A DNA stretch of 55,884 bases from an uncultured Verrucomicrobiota bacterium (GCA_964515705.1 CAZEVX010000001.1:1-55884), one strand, 5' to 3'. Shown: positions 31,385 to 41,033, counted from the first letter of the stretch. Made by a program: numbers and translations. Notes: a model not told the origin generated them from the letters alone.

Positions 31385-34300
31385 ATGAATCCGGCCGTCC
31401 CACCTCGCCGCGCCTGTGGTCACCGCTGGGCCATGCTGGCCGTTTGCCTGGCGGCCGCGTCGCTGAGGATTCAGGGGATCAACTGGCCCGTGTTCCACCC
31501 GGATGAGCCGCGCATCGGGATCTGGCTCGTCAAGGCGGCCACCGGCCGTCCGCAGAAGGACTGCTTGTATCCCGGGGGGTTCTTTCAGCTCGCCAAGCCG
31601 CTGCTGCGGCTCGAAGACCGGCGGCTGGCCGTGGCCCAGGCGCTTGGCCGCTTGCGCGGCATGGCCCCGCGCGACATCGGCGCAGAGCGCGCCGACCCCG
31701 TGTTGACGGCGCGCTGGTTCAATCTCTGGGCGAGCGTGCTGGCCTGCCTGGCGGTCTATGGCTTCGTTCGGCGCCTGGCGCGCGGCCCGTGGCCCGGCGT
31801 CTTCGCCGCCGCTTGGTTGGCCGTCCTGCCGCTGGCCGTCGAACACAGCCACTATGCCGAGTCCGACATCGCCATGCTGCTGACGCTGACGGTGTTTCTA
31901 TGGCTGGCGGCCGTGGCGCTGGACCGCCGCGCCATCGGCTGGCGGCTGCTGGCCGCCCTGGCGGGCGGATTTGCGGCCGGCACCAAATTTACCATGCTGG
32001 CGCTTCTGCCCCTGGTGCCGGTCCTGGCGTTGCTCCCGCCGGCGGACGGGGCGCGGCGCCCGGCCGCGCAGGCGGCGGCCGTCCTGGCGGCCGCGCTGGC
32101 CGTTTTTGCTCTCGGGTTCGTCCTGGCCACTCCCGTGGCGCTGGATTTTGGATGGTTCGCCGAGCAATGGACGGCAGAACACCAGCGTGTCTTCGGCGAA
32201 ACCGCGTTGAACCTCGGCCCTTTGCGGGACGTCCGCGGCATCCGCGTGGCTACGCATGCATCGTTGTTCGTGGCCGCGCTCGGCACGCTGGGAATTGCCG
32301 GGCTGGCGCTGGCGGGCGGCGGCCTGCTCGGCCTGGCGCATCCCGCGCGCGCGCGATTCTGGCCGGTGCTACTGTTGTTCCCGCTGCTCTACTTCTGGTA
32401 CTGGATGGCCCTTGCTCCCTGGGTGCGTTCCCAGGAGTTTTTAGCATTTTTGCCGGTGCTGGCCGCCTGGGCCGCGCTGGCGCTGCAGCGTCTCTGGCAG
32501 GGCGGCCTTGGCCGGCGCCTGTTGGCGCTGGCGCTGGCCGCCGCCTCTCTCGGCGCCGGCGCGCTCGAGAGCCGGCGTCTTGCGACGGTGTTTTCCTGGC
32601 CCGACACGCGCCTGGCGGCGCGCGCCTGGCTCGAACGGACCTTGCCGGACGGCGCGGGCGTGGCCTGCGAACAGTATGCTGGCGAAGCCTGCCCCGCCTC
32701 CGGCGTCCGTCCGCTGGGCATCCGCAAAATCGAGCGCGAAGGCTGGGCGTATGTGACCGGCGGCGGCGCCGACTATCTCCTGCGCGCCGCCACGGTCACC
32801 GGGCGCGGCCTCGTCGACCCGCTGACCGGCCAGCGCTATCCCGGGGCCCAAGCCGAATTCGACCGCCTGCGGCGCGAGGGAGAACGCCTGCGCGTCTGGG
32901 CTACGCTGCCGCCCTACCGCACGACGTTCGGCTCGCCCGTCATCGAGCTGTACGGGTTGCGGGCCCCGCCGCGGTGCGGCGCGTCGCTGGCTCTCGACCT
33001 TCCGCAACCGGCCTGGGTGGTCAACTACGTCAACCACCTGGCCCTGCCGTTCACCGCCAGTCCGGTCGGCCGGCAGCTTGGCCCGGCTCAAGCCATGCTG
33101 GTGGATTCCCGGCCACGGACGCTGGCCATCGGCGGCCCGGACACTCCGGCGGGACCGGTGTACCTGGTCTGCCACACGGAGGCGCGACCGGCCACGCTCA
33201 CGATCCGCGGATTCGCCCGGCGCCGCCGGGTCGCGCTCGACCCTTATGGCGCTGCGATCGTCCCCCTGGAACGCCCGCGCTGGCGGCCGCGCGCCGGCGC
33301 CTACGAATTCGTCACGGTGGCCGCCGATCCCCGGCCCGACGTGTTGTTCCTGCCCTGCTACGTGCGGGTGGCCTTCTCCGCCGAGCAGGCTGTGCGTCTC
33401 TGCCGCGACGTGGATGCCGATGCCGCTGTCTGGGCCTGCTTCGACGACGACGCGCTTGCCCGCCTGGACGCCCCCGAAACCGTCTACGGCCTGGCTGTGC
33501 GCGCCGGGCGCTGGGCGCTGGCCGACCGGGTCGCTCCATCGGCGGAGCGTGCCGCGCACCGGCTTGACAAGGCCCTGGCTGTGGCGCCGGCGTCGCTGCG
33601 CATTCAGGGCACCAGCGGCTTCCACTACGACGCCCTGGCGCGCGCGCGGCCGCAGGAACCGGATCAGTGGTGCCTGGCCCTCGACTGCTGCGAGCCGGCC
33701 GAGCCGGAACCGCCGCCGCCCGACACCGTCGGCCGCCTGCCGCGCGCGCCTCACCGGGGAACCCTGGTCCTGCCCGTCCGCGTTGCCCGCGGCTGGTACC
33801 GCTTCCGCGGCGAGGTGCTGGCCAACCGGCCAGATCCTGGGACGGCCGCGCGGCGTGGCCCGCTGATGCTGGAGGTGGCCGAAGGCGAATTCGAGCCGGC
33901 CACCTGGACGTTGTTGGGCTTGTCCCCCGGGCAGTGGGTGCCGTTCGACACCGCCTTCGCGGTATCGTCCGACCGCCATGTTGCTTGGCGCGTGCGCTGT
34001 GCCGAGCCGGTGACCGTGACGTTCCGCAATACCGAAATCGTCTGGACGCTCGGGGACGTCTTGCGGGCCTGCCGCGACGACCTCGCCGCCGCGCGCGCGG
34101 CCCACGCCATCCATGATGGTCGTCCGGACGAGGCGCTGCGCCTCCTGGCGCGCCAGCCAGGAGCGCCTACCCCCTGGAACCTGGCCGAGTGGCGGCGGCT
34201 CGAACTGGACGCCCAGCTCGGCAGCAACGCCTCCGGCGAGACCGTCGCGGCAGCCGCGGCACGCCGCCTGCAAACAGCGCCTTGGGATGCCGTCGCCCGT

Positions 34301-34711
34301 GCCGTCTTGGGGTCGGCGCCGGCGGCGGTCTCGCGGTCCCGCAACGTCACGTTCGGCAGTCGCCTGCGCCTGATTGGGTTCTCGTGGGATGCCGCCGCCC
34401 GCCGCGCGCAGGGCGTCGTCGAAGCCTGCAAGCCGGACACCGCGCCCTTGGCCGCCGCCTTCTGGATTCGCCGACACGGTGCGTGGCGCCGCCAGCTGGC
34501 GCAGCCTCTGGCTCCCGGTCGCCGCCTAGACCGCGGCGAACGCCTGTCGTTTGACGTCGTGCTCGCGGCGCCGGCTGCCGCCGCGCCGGACGATTGGGCC
34601 CTCGGCTTCGAGACCGACGTGGTCTGGCATCCCGGTCTGCTGCCGGCCGACGGGAATCCCGACCCCGTCATTCCGTTTGCCGCGCTGCTGGCTGCCGAAC
34701 CGGCGCGTTGA
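31385..34711 (+). CDS. Giant membrane protein: N-terminal GT-C fold (GT39/ArnT-like) glycosyltransferase plus a ~680-aa unassigned C-terminal region
   Basis: The first ~430 aa are highly hydrophobic with many TM-like segments and an early acidic loop motif FHPDEP. The remainder is soluble-looking with no motif that I recognise. Confidence 0.6.
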   Translation: MNPAVPPRRACGHRWAMLAVCLAAASLRIQGINWPVFHPDEPRIGIWLVKAATGRPQKDCLYPGGFFQLAKPLLRLEDRRLAVAQALGRLRGMAPRDIGAERADPVLTARWFNLWASVLACLAVYGFVRRLARGPWPGVFAAAWLAVLPLAVEHSHYAESDIAMLLTLTVFLWLAAVALDRRAIGWRLLAALAGGFAAGTKFTMLALLPLVPVLALLPPADGARRPAAQAAAVLAAALAVFALGFVLATPVALDFGWFAEQWTAEHQRVFGETALNLGPLRDVRGIRVATHASLFVAALGTLGIAGLALAGGGLLGLAHPARARFWPVLLLFPLLYFWYWMALAPWVRSQEFLAFLPVLAAWAALALQRLWQGGLGRRLLALALAAASLGAGALESRRLATVFSWPDTRLAARAWLERTLPDGAGVACEQYAGEACPASGVRPLGIRKIEREGWAYVTGGGADYLLRAATVTGRGLVDPLTGQRYPGAQAEFDRLRREGERLRVWATLPPYRTTFGSPVIELYGLRAPPRCGASLALDLPQPAWVVNYVNHLALPFTASPVGRQLGPAQAMLVDSRPRTLAIGGPDTPAGPVYLVCHTEARPATLTIRGFARRRRVALDPYGAAIVPLERPRWRPRAGAYEFVTVAADPRPDVLFLPCYVRVAFSAEQAVRLCRDVDADAAVWACFDDDALARLDAPETVYGLAVRAGRWALADRVAPSAERAAHRLDKALAVAPASLRIQGTSGFHYDALARARPQEPDQWCLALDCCEPAEPEPPPPDTVGRLPRAPHRGTLVLPVRVARGWYRFRGEVLANRPDPGTAARRGPLMLEVAEGEFEPATWTLLGLSPGQWVPFDTAFAVSSDRHVAWRVRCAEPVTVTFRNTEIVWTLGDVLRACRDDLAAARAAHAIHDGRPDEALRLLARQPGAPTPWNLAEWRRLELDAQLGSNASGETVAAAAARRLQTAPWDAVARAVLGSAPAAVSRSRNVTFGSRLRLIGFSWDAAARRAQGVVEACKPDTAPLAAAFWIRRHGAWRRQLAQPLAPGRRLDRGERLSFDVVLAAPAAAAPDDWALGFETDVVWHPGLLPADGNPDPVIPFAALLAAEPAR

Positions 34712-34799
34712 CCGCGGGCCGGCGGCGCCAGTGGCAAGATCGGCGATTCCTGGTTTTCCTGCTTGCAGTCGCTTCGCGGTTCCGCTACGTTCCCCCGCC

Positions 34800-34872
<73 letters not shown>

Positions 34873-34908
34873 CCCGACGTCCCTTGCGATCCCTTCGCGG
34901 CTCCGCGT

Positions 34909-36003
34909 TCAGGTCAGCCGCAGCGGCATCAGGACGTAGAGGAAGGGGATGTCGCATTTGATGATCGCCGGACTCATCTCGTCGACCATCTCCATGGCGA
35001 CGTCGTCGCTGGTCAGTGCGCGCAGCGGGTCCATCAGGTACTCGGGATTGAAGACCAGGGAGATGGCTTTGCCGGTATACTTGATCGGCAGCGTTTCGTG
35101 GGCTTCGCCGACGTCTGGCGTGATGGTCACGATCTGAAGCTGGTTTTTGGCAAACGTAAGTTTGATGGTCGGGTTGCGTTCGCTCGCCACCAGGGACGCG
35201 CGCCGAACCGCGGCCAGGACCTGTTCCCGATCCATGGTCACGCGTTCTTCGCACTGGCTGGGAATGACCTGCCGGAAGTTCGGAAACTTCCCTTCGATCA
35301 GCTTTGAAACCACCTGGACTTTCCCCGTGTCAAAGAACACCAGGTTCGGCAACCACTTCACGGTTACAGGGTCCTCGCCCGCTAACACCTTGACGAGTTC
35401 GGCGATCGCCTTGGTAGGAACCACCAGGTCTTGCTGCAACTCCGCCGGACACTCGATTTCCTGCTCTACGAGCGCCAGCCGCCGTCCATCCGTGGCAACC
35501 ATGGTAAGTTTCTGCTCGTGAAACGCGAACAGCAGCCCGTTGAGAATCGCCCGGCTGGTATCCACGGACGCGGCATATAGCGTGCGTTTCATCATCTCGC
35601 CCAACACCTGCTGGGGCAAGGTCACGCTCTGCTGGAAGTCCATGGTCTTGATCGCCGGATACTCGTCCGCCGCCAAGCCGAACATCTTGTAGTGCGAGGA
35701 TCCGCATTGGATCGATCCCACATGGCTTTCCGACACTTCCATGTCAATTTCGGCCGCCGGCAGTTCCCGGATGATGCCGACCAAGCGGCGTGCCGGAAAC
35801 GTGCACATGCCGGTCTTGGTAACCGTTGCCTCTGCCGCGCAGCGGACACTGACACTGCCATCCGTCGCCTCGATATTCAGACCCTGCTTGTCGGCCTGAA
35901 TCATGATGTTGAAAAGGATCGGCACCGTGGAGTGTGTGCTGATCACGGACTGCACCTGCTGGAGTCCCTTCAAAAACGCGTCCTGTGCAATGGTAAATTT
36001 CAT
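34909..36003 (-). CDS. dnaN: DNA polymerase III beta sliding clamp
   Basis: MKFTIAQDAFLKGLQQVQSV start, about 364 aa, three-domain length. C-terminal end PFLYVLMPLRL. Located immediately downstream of dnaA. Confidence 0.9.
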   Translation of the reverse strand: MKFTIAQDAFLKGLQQVQSVISTHSTVPILFNIMIQADKQGLNIEATDGSVSVRCAAEATVTKTGMCTFPARRLVGIIRELPAAEIDMEVSESHVGSIQCGSSHYKMFGLAADEYPAIKTMDFQQSVTLPQQVLGEMMKRTLYAASVDTSRAILNGLLFAFHEQKLTMVATDGRRLALVEQEIECPAELQQDLVVPTKAIAELVKVLAGEDPVTVKWLPNLVFFDTGKVQVVSKLIEGKFPNFRQVIPSQCEERVTMDREQVLAAVRRASLVASERNPTIKLTFAKNQLQIVTITPDVGEAHETLPIKYTGKAISLVFNPEYLMDPLRALTSDDVAMEMVDEMSPAIIKCDIPFLYVLMPLRLT

Positions 36004-36222
36004 GTGGTGTTCATCTCCTGCTGGGATTACGATAGAATACATATCTAATCGTAGTCGTAAGGCTGTTCATTCTGTAAATATCATCGGCCCGCGTCCTCCA
36101 AACAAGGGGGAAACAGGAATGGTGAGCGGCAGCAACCTGTCAATCATGGCGTTAATAATCGCAGCGGCGAACGCGACGGCCCAGTTGTAAACACTCCGCA
36201 TACAGGCAAGGAACCCGACTTG

Positions 36223-37584
36223 TTACCGTGCCGCGGATACCGGCGCCTGTTCGATCCTCCGGGACAGTTTGGACAAGGTTTGCTTCAACTGGGCATCGGT
36301 GTCGATCCGGCGGGAAATCCGGCGGTAAGCATGCAGCACCGTGGCATGGGTTTTTCCAAAGGCCTGGCCGATTTCCGGCAGCGAGGACGTGGTCAGGGTG
36401 CGGCACAGATACATGGCGATCTGCCGCGGCAGGGCCACGCTCTGGGAGCGCTGGGTGCTAGTCATGTCCGCGAGGCGGATATCGAAGTGTTCGGCCACGT
36501 TGCGCTGGATGGCATGGATCGTGGCCGGCTCTTTGCGTTCCCGATCGAGCACGCTCTGCAGAATGCGCTCGGCCAGCGGCACGGTGATCGGTTTGTGTGC
36601 CATGGCGGCATAGGACGTCAGCTGCAGCAACGCGCCTTCCAGCAGCCGGATATTGGACTGGATGTGCGTCGAGACGAACAGCAGCACGTCTTCCGGCAGC
36701 CGGACGTTCATCGTCCGCTGCTTGAACTGCAGAATGGCCATCCGGGTCTCGAAATCGGGCGGCGTCAACTCGGTGACCAGCCCCCACTCGAACCGCGACA
36801 CCAGACGCTGTTCCAGACCGGCAATTTCGTGGACGGGCCGGTCGCTGGTCATGACGATCTGCCGGTGGGCGTCCTTCAGGACGTTGAAGGTATGGAAAAA
36901 CTCTTCCTGCAGCGAGGCGGTGCGCGTCAGAAAATGGATGTCGTCGATCAGCAAGACGTCGGCATTGCGGTACTTGTCGCGGAACTGCTTGATGCGCCGA
37001 TTCTGCAGCGAGTCGATATACTCGTTGAGCATGGCTTCGCAAGACAGATAGCGCACCTTGGCCTCGGAATGACTGAGGATCTCATGGCCGATGGCCTGCA
37101 TAAGATGGGTCTTTCCCAGTCCCGTCCCGCCGTAGATAAACAGCGGGTTGTAGGCCTTGCCGGGCGCCTGCGCCACCGCCCGAGAGGAGGCGTGGGCAAA
37201 TTCGTTGGATGGGCCCACGACGAAAGATTGAAAGACATACTTGGAATCGAGGTTCAGCAGCCGGCCCGGCGCTGGCGAGGGACGCCGGGCGGGAACCGGC
37301 CGGTCGCCGGATACGGGCGCCGCCGGCGCCGCGGGATGGACCTCGAAGGCCACACGCAGATCCAGGCCGCTTACTTTGCGAACCGCCGCCCGGATCAGAG
37401 GCAGGTAATGCTCTTCCAGCCAGGACTGGTAGAAATCATTGCTGACGGACAACACCAGAGCGTCGGCGTCCAGTCGGTGGGGATGGATGACGGCAATCCA
37501 GCGCGCGAAAACATCCGCATTCAACTGGTCTTTGAGAACTTGACAGACACTGACCCACGTGGATTCGGCGTGACCTGTGGTCAA
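36223..37584 (-). CDS. dnaA: Chromosomal replication initiator DnaA
   Basis: AAA+ block NPLFIYGGTGLGKTHLMQAIG, LLIDDIHFL, and C-terminal DNA-binding block RQIAMYLCRTLT...SLPEIGQAFG.KTHATVLHA. The start is proposed at TTG 37584 (GGGAGGA 4-5 nt upstream), giving about 453 aa. The ORF could extend to ATG 37716. Confidence 0.9.
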   Translation of the reverse strand: MTTGHAESTWVSVCQVLKDQLNADVFARWIAVIHPHRLDADALVLSVSNDFYQSWLEEHYLPLIRAAVRKVSGLDLRVAFEVHPAAPAAPVSGDRPVPARRPSPAPGRLLNLDSKYVFQSFVVGPSNEFAHASSRAVAQAPGKAYNPLFIYGGTGLGKTHLMQAIGHEILSHSEAKVRYLSCEAMLNEYIDSLQNRRIKQFRDKYRNADVLLIDDIHFLTRTASLQEEFFHTFNVLKDAHRQIVMTSDRPVHEIAGLEQRLVSRFEWGLVTELTPPDFETRMAILQFKQRTMNVRLPEDVLLFVSTHIQSNIRLLEGALLQLTSYAAMAHKPITVPLAERILQSVLDRERKEPATIHAIQRNVAEHFDIRLADMTSTQRSQSVALPRQIAMYLCRTLTTSSLPEIGQAFGKTHATVLHAYRRISRRIDTDAQLKQTLSKLSRRIEQAPVSAAR

Positions 37585-37924
37585 TGGATCCTCCCATTCG
37601 TCCAATCGGCCCAAGACATAAGCTACTGCGAAAACATGGCGAACAGCAACGAAATTCTCAAAACCGCCGCCAAGCCATGAACAGGTTATTAACACCCCCG
37701 CCGACCTGTCGCTCAAGCCAGCGCGGGCTTGACGATAATCGCGCGTTGCGCCGGTGACAAGAAAAAAAAGTTTTTTGCGCTTGGTTTTCTTCGATCACAA
37801 GATATGGTGTGTGTATCCATAACTTCTACAACTAAAAGCATATAGACAGCGCTTATTCGCAAGCATGCTTGGAAACCTGGAAGAGGCAGGCAGGCCGTCC
37901 CTGCGTATTGGGGTATGGCAGGGG
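37585..37924. other. Candidate oriC/DUE region upstream of dnaA (position-based)
   Basis: Divergent dnaA (-) and peptidase (+) genes. The spacer is markedly AT-richer and includes gaaaaaaaagtttttt (37761-37776). Only degenerate DnaA-box-like 9-mers are present, e.g. TTATTAACA at 37686-37694. Confidence 0.4.
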
Positions 37925-39091
37925 ATGAAAACACGCAGTAAAATCAATGATTCCGTGCGTCTCCACGCGGGCCGCCCATTAACAAGCGCACTGTTGGCGG
38001 TCGGATCGCCCAAAGAACAGGCCGATTTGGCATATCTGACGGGGTTGTTTGTCACCGACCCGATCGTGGCGCTGCGGCAGCGGACAACATGCAGCGTCGT
38101 GGTGTCGCTATTGGATCGAGAACTGGCCAGGGCGGCCGATCCGGCCTTGCGCATATATACACCGGAGACGCTGCCAGTCCCGCGGGCGTTGCAAGGGACA
38201 CTGGCGGGATGGACGGCCGGACTGCTGCGCGCCCGCGGCGTGCGGACGGCGATGGTGCCCCGCAATTTCCCACTAGCGGTAGCAGACCGGCTGCGGCGCT
38301 TGGGGATTCGTCTGCAGGTCAGCGCCGGGCCGCTGCTGCCGGAGCGCGCCGTCAAGGCGCCGTCCGAGCTGGCCCGGATTGCGGACAGCCAGCGGGCGGC
38401 GGTCGCCGCCATGCGGGCGGCAGTCCGGTTGATCGGGCGGGCGCGCGTCGGACCAAACGGCGTCCTGCGCGCGGGCCGGCGCCGGCTGACGGCCGACCGG
38501 GTGCGCGCCGAGATTGAGCGGGTTTTGGCGGCGCGCCGGTGCGCCGGGGCGGACACGATTGTCGCCGGCGGGCGGCAATCGGCGATGCCGCACGCGGCGG
38601 GGCGCGGCGCGCTGCGCGCGCGCCAGCCGATCGTGCTGGATATATTTCCACGGCACCGCGGGCATGGCTACTGGGGCGATCTGTCGCGCACGGTGGTCAA
38701 GGGCGCGCCGAGCGCGGCGCTGCGCCGGATGCACGCTGCCGTCAAGGCCGCCCAGGCGGCGGCGATCGCCGAAATTCGGGCCGGGGTCAGCGGCAAACGA
38801 GTCCATCGAGCGGCGGCCGCGGTTCTTGAAGAGCGCGGGTTCCGAACGGGGATCCTGGACGGACGCGCCCAGGGATTCATTCACTCCACCGGGCACGGGC
38901 TCGGCCTCGAGGTGCACGAAGCGCCATCGTTGAGCGCGCGGGGCGGCCGGCTGCGCGTCGGGCACGTGGTGACCGTCGAGCCCGGCCTGTACTATTTCCG
39001 GCACGGCGGCGTGCGCATCGAGGATCTGGTGGTTGTGACGCGCCGCGGCTGCCGGCGGGTGGTGCGCTGCCCGGATTATTTTTGCCTGTGA
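37925..39091 (+). CDS. M24-family metallopeptidase (Xaa-Pro aminopeptidase-like)
   Basis: Metal ligand blocks HSTGHGLGLEVHEAP, GHVVTVEPGLYY and GGVRIEDLVVV. The start is set at ATG 37925. Confidence 0.8.
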   Translation: MKTRSKINDSVRLHAGRPLTSALLAVGSPKEQADLAYLTGLFVTDPIVALRQRTTCSVVVSLLDRELARAADPALRIYTPETLPVPRALQGTLAGWTAGLLRARGVRTAMVPRNFPLAVADRLRRLGIRLQVSAGPLLPERAVKAPSELARIADSQRAAVAAMRAAVRLIGRARVGPNGVLRAGRRRLTADRVRAEIERVLAARRCAGADTIVAGGRQSAMPHAAGRGALRARQPIVLDIFPRHRGHGYWGDLSRTVVKGAPSAALRRMHAAVKAAQAAAIAEIRAGVSGKRVHRAAAAVLEERGFRTGILDGRAQGFIHSTGHGLGLEVHEAPSLSARGGRLRVGHVVTVEPGLYYFRHGGVRIEDLVVVTRRGCRRVVRCPDYFCL

Positions 39092-39255
39092 TCCCGGCCG
39101 GCCCGGCCGAATAGGGCTTGTGATGCCGCGGGAACATGGCAGAATGCGTCCGGTGGATGTCCCGTTCGGCCGCCGACATCCCGGGTTGCGGGTCGGCGAC
39201 CATGGCGACGCGGCGGGACACAGGGACGCGCGGCATCCACGCTGGGGAGATATGC

Positions 39256-39453
39256 ATGAACAAACGCATGGTCTTTGCCTTTTGCCTGATCGTGGCCACG
39301 GTGGTGGTGCTGCTCTACAACATGAAAGGATTCTTGACCCCGCCGACCATTGACGTCAACCTCGTCTTCACCTCGATCAAACATGTCTATACGGCGATCG
39401 TGTTGCTGGCATTCACGGTCGTCGGCGTGCTGATCGGGCTGTTTATCAAGTAA
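39256..39453 (+). CDS. Small two-TM membrane protein (LapA/DUF1049-like)
   Basis: GGGGAGA lies 5 nt upstream of ATG 39256. The 65-aa product has two hydrophobic helices (VFAFCLIVATVVVLL and AIVLLAFTVVGVLIGLFI). Confidence 0.55.
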   Translation: MNKRMVFAFCLIVATVVVLLYNMKGFLTPPTIDVNLVFTSIKHVYTAIVLLAFTVVGVLIGLFIK

Positions 39454-39686
39454 AAAGATTGACACGATCCCGGCGCCTGCCAAACTGTGTCTTGGCGGCC
39501 GGGGCAGCGTGTAGGCAGGGCCGCCCGTTCGAAACTATGGGCCCACCAGAAGAGGAGGTGATCGGGATATCAGACCGAGCGCATGGCGGATAGCAGGCGT
39601 TGGATCAACGCGTCGCAAGGATAACCCGCGGAGACGGCGTCCGAAGACCGGTCGCCGGGTTTACCGGGATTGATAGGATGGGCATT

Positions 39687-40193
39687 ATGAAGAAATACCG
39701 GATGGTATGGTTCGTTCTGTTGGCGGGAATGATCGTGGTTGGAATCCCTGCCATGGCCCAGGAAACGGGGACGGCCACGGCGGAACAGATCAAGGCCGCC
39801 GCGCCGGCTGCCACCCCGGCCGCTGCGCCGGCCGCCACCCCGGCCGCCGCGCCGGCTGCCACCCCGGCAGCCACCCCGGCGGACACAGCGGCTGCCGATG
39901 CGGCCAAGGCGCCGGAGGTCCGTCCCGCGGCCGTCAGCGCACTGGAACTGCGTAAGACCGGCACGATCAGTGTTATCAAGGACGCCGCCGGCAAGGTGAC
40001 GGCCCTGCGCCTGATCGTCAATATGTACGAGATTCCCATGGACGAAGGCAGCAAGCCGCTCGAAAGCATGGACGGCCAGCGCGTGCGCGTGCTGGGGACG
40101 TTCAGCCAGGAAGGCGGACGCCGTCTCTTCTCTGTCAAGAGCGTGGAACCCGTGACGGCCGAAGGGGCCGGCGGGGTGACGCCGGCGCCCTGA
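39687..40193 (+). CDS. Secreted protein with an Ala/Pro/Thr-rich repeat linker
   Basis: Signal peptide MKKYRMVWFVLLAGMIVVGIPAMAQE, then an (AAAPAATP)n linker, then a ~100-aa globular C-terminus. ATG 39678 is an alternative start. Confidence 0.65.
   Translation: MKKYRMVWFVLLAGMIVVGIPAMAQETGTATAEQIKAAAPAATPAAAPAATPAAAPAATPAATPADTAAADAAKAPEVRPAAVSALELRKTGTISVIKDAAGKVTALRLIVNMYEIPMDEGSKPLESMDGQRVRVLGTFSQEGGRRLFSVKSVEPVTAEGAGGVTPAP
39795..39880 (+). repeat. 24-nt tandem repeat, about 3.5 copies (encodes AAAPAATP units)
   Basis: Units at 39795-39818, 39819-39842 and 39843-39866, plus a partial fourth. Units 1 and 3 are identical and unit 2 has 2 changes. Confidence 0.85.
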
Positions 40194-40218
40194 CGCAGTC
40201 GGACGCAACGAACACACG

Positions 40219-40264
40219 CCATGGCCGCGGCGGCCGCCAGGTCCCGCGGCCATGGTGCTTTTGG
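40219..40264 (+). terminator. Candidate intrinsic terminator between convergent genes
   Basis: Perfect 12-bp stem ccatggccgcgg (40219-40230) / ccgcggccatgg (40244-40255) with a 13-nt loop, followed by tgcttttgg. Confidence 0.45.
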
Positions 40265-40292
40265 GAGAAGGGCTGACGCGCGCGGCAGAGCG

Positions 40293-41033
40293 TCAAGCGG
40301 CATGGGTACGCCGGCGTTCGACCAGCCGGAGGATCCAGATGCAGGCCTCGTAGAGTACCAGCATCGGCCCCGCCATGATCACTTGCGAGACCACATCCGG
40401 TCCGGGCGTGAGCACCATGGCTAGGATCAGGATCGCCACGACGGCGTGCCGGCGTTTCGCGCGCAGCGCGGCCGACCGTACCAGCCCGGCATAGCCCAGG
40501 GCTACCAAGGCCACCGGCATCTCGAAGGCCAACCCGAACAACAGCATCAGCTTGACGGCGAACCCGACATAGCTGACGGCCGTCCACTCGGCACGGACAC
40601 CGAGCCAGACGTGGAGTCCGAACAGCACCCGCAGGGCCACCGGCAGCGTGACCCAGTAGGCCAGCAGCACGCCCAGCCCGAAGAGGCCCAGGGCCGCGAC
40701 CAGGGCTCCCGCAAACGCCCGGCGTTCGAGAGGAGTCAGGGCGGGGAGAACGAAACGGGCGAGTAGGACCGTGATAAGCGGGGCGCTCACGAGCAGGCCG
40801 CCCCAGAGCACGATCTGGATGGCAATCGAAAACCCGCCGGAGATTTCCAGGGAGCGCAGAAAATCTTCGGGATGCGACGTCACGCCGTTGAGCGGGTGGC
40901 AAAGGACGGCAAAGAGGCGGGGCGCGAACGGCAGGATAAGCCCCATGCCGGCCGCCCAGGCGGCCAGGACGGCCAACAATGTCAACCGCAACTCGCTGAG
41001 GTGCTGCAAGAACGGCTTGGGCGGGTCTTGCAT
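40293..41033 (-). CDS. tatC: Twin-arginine translocase subunit TatC
   Basis: N-terminus FLQHLSELRLTLL. Six hydrophobic segments and about 246 aa. Confidence 0.8.
   Translation of the reverse strand: MQDPPKPFLQHLSELRLTLLAVLAAWAAGMGLILPFAPRLFAVLCHPLNGVTSHPEDFLRSLEISGGFSIAIQIVLWGGLLVSAPLITVLLARFVLPALTPLERRAFAGALVAALGLFGLGVLLAYWVTLPVALRVLFGLHVWLGVRAEWTAVSYVGFAVKLMLLFGLAFEMPVALVALGYAGLVRSAALRAKRRHAVVAILILAMVLTPGPDVVSQVIMAGPMLVLYEACIWILRLVERRRTHAA

Noticed and set aside
32441-34477. 678-aa minus-strand ORF inside the GT39-like gene (similar cases at 2381-3598, 53439-54833 and 26915-28333)
   Set aside because: These are antisense shadows of supported genes with no recognisable domains. It is a high-GC artefact.
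37551-37566. Third parS-like sequence TGACCCACGTGGATTC inside the dnaA 5' region
   Set aside because: Only 11 of 16 positions match the two perfect sites. The outer TGTT/AACA arms that matter for ParB recognition are missing.
37585-37716. Upstream extension of dnaA to ATG 37716
   Set aside because: The extra 44 residues do not resemble DnaA domain I. TTG 37584 has a GGGAGGA SD and yields a typical length. It is kept as an alternative start only.
39552-39558. Strong SD-like GAGGAGG in the spacer before the secreted-protein gene
   Set aside because: No plausible ORF follows at a proper distance. The only candidates are 11-13 codon peptides with poor spacing. I could not match the 233-nt spacer to a known ncRNA or riboswitch either.
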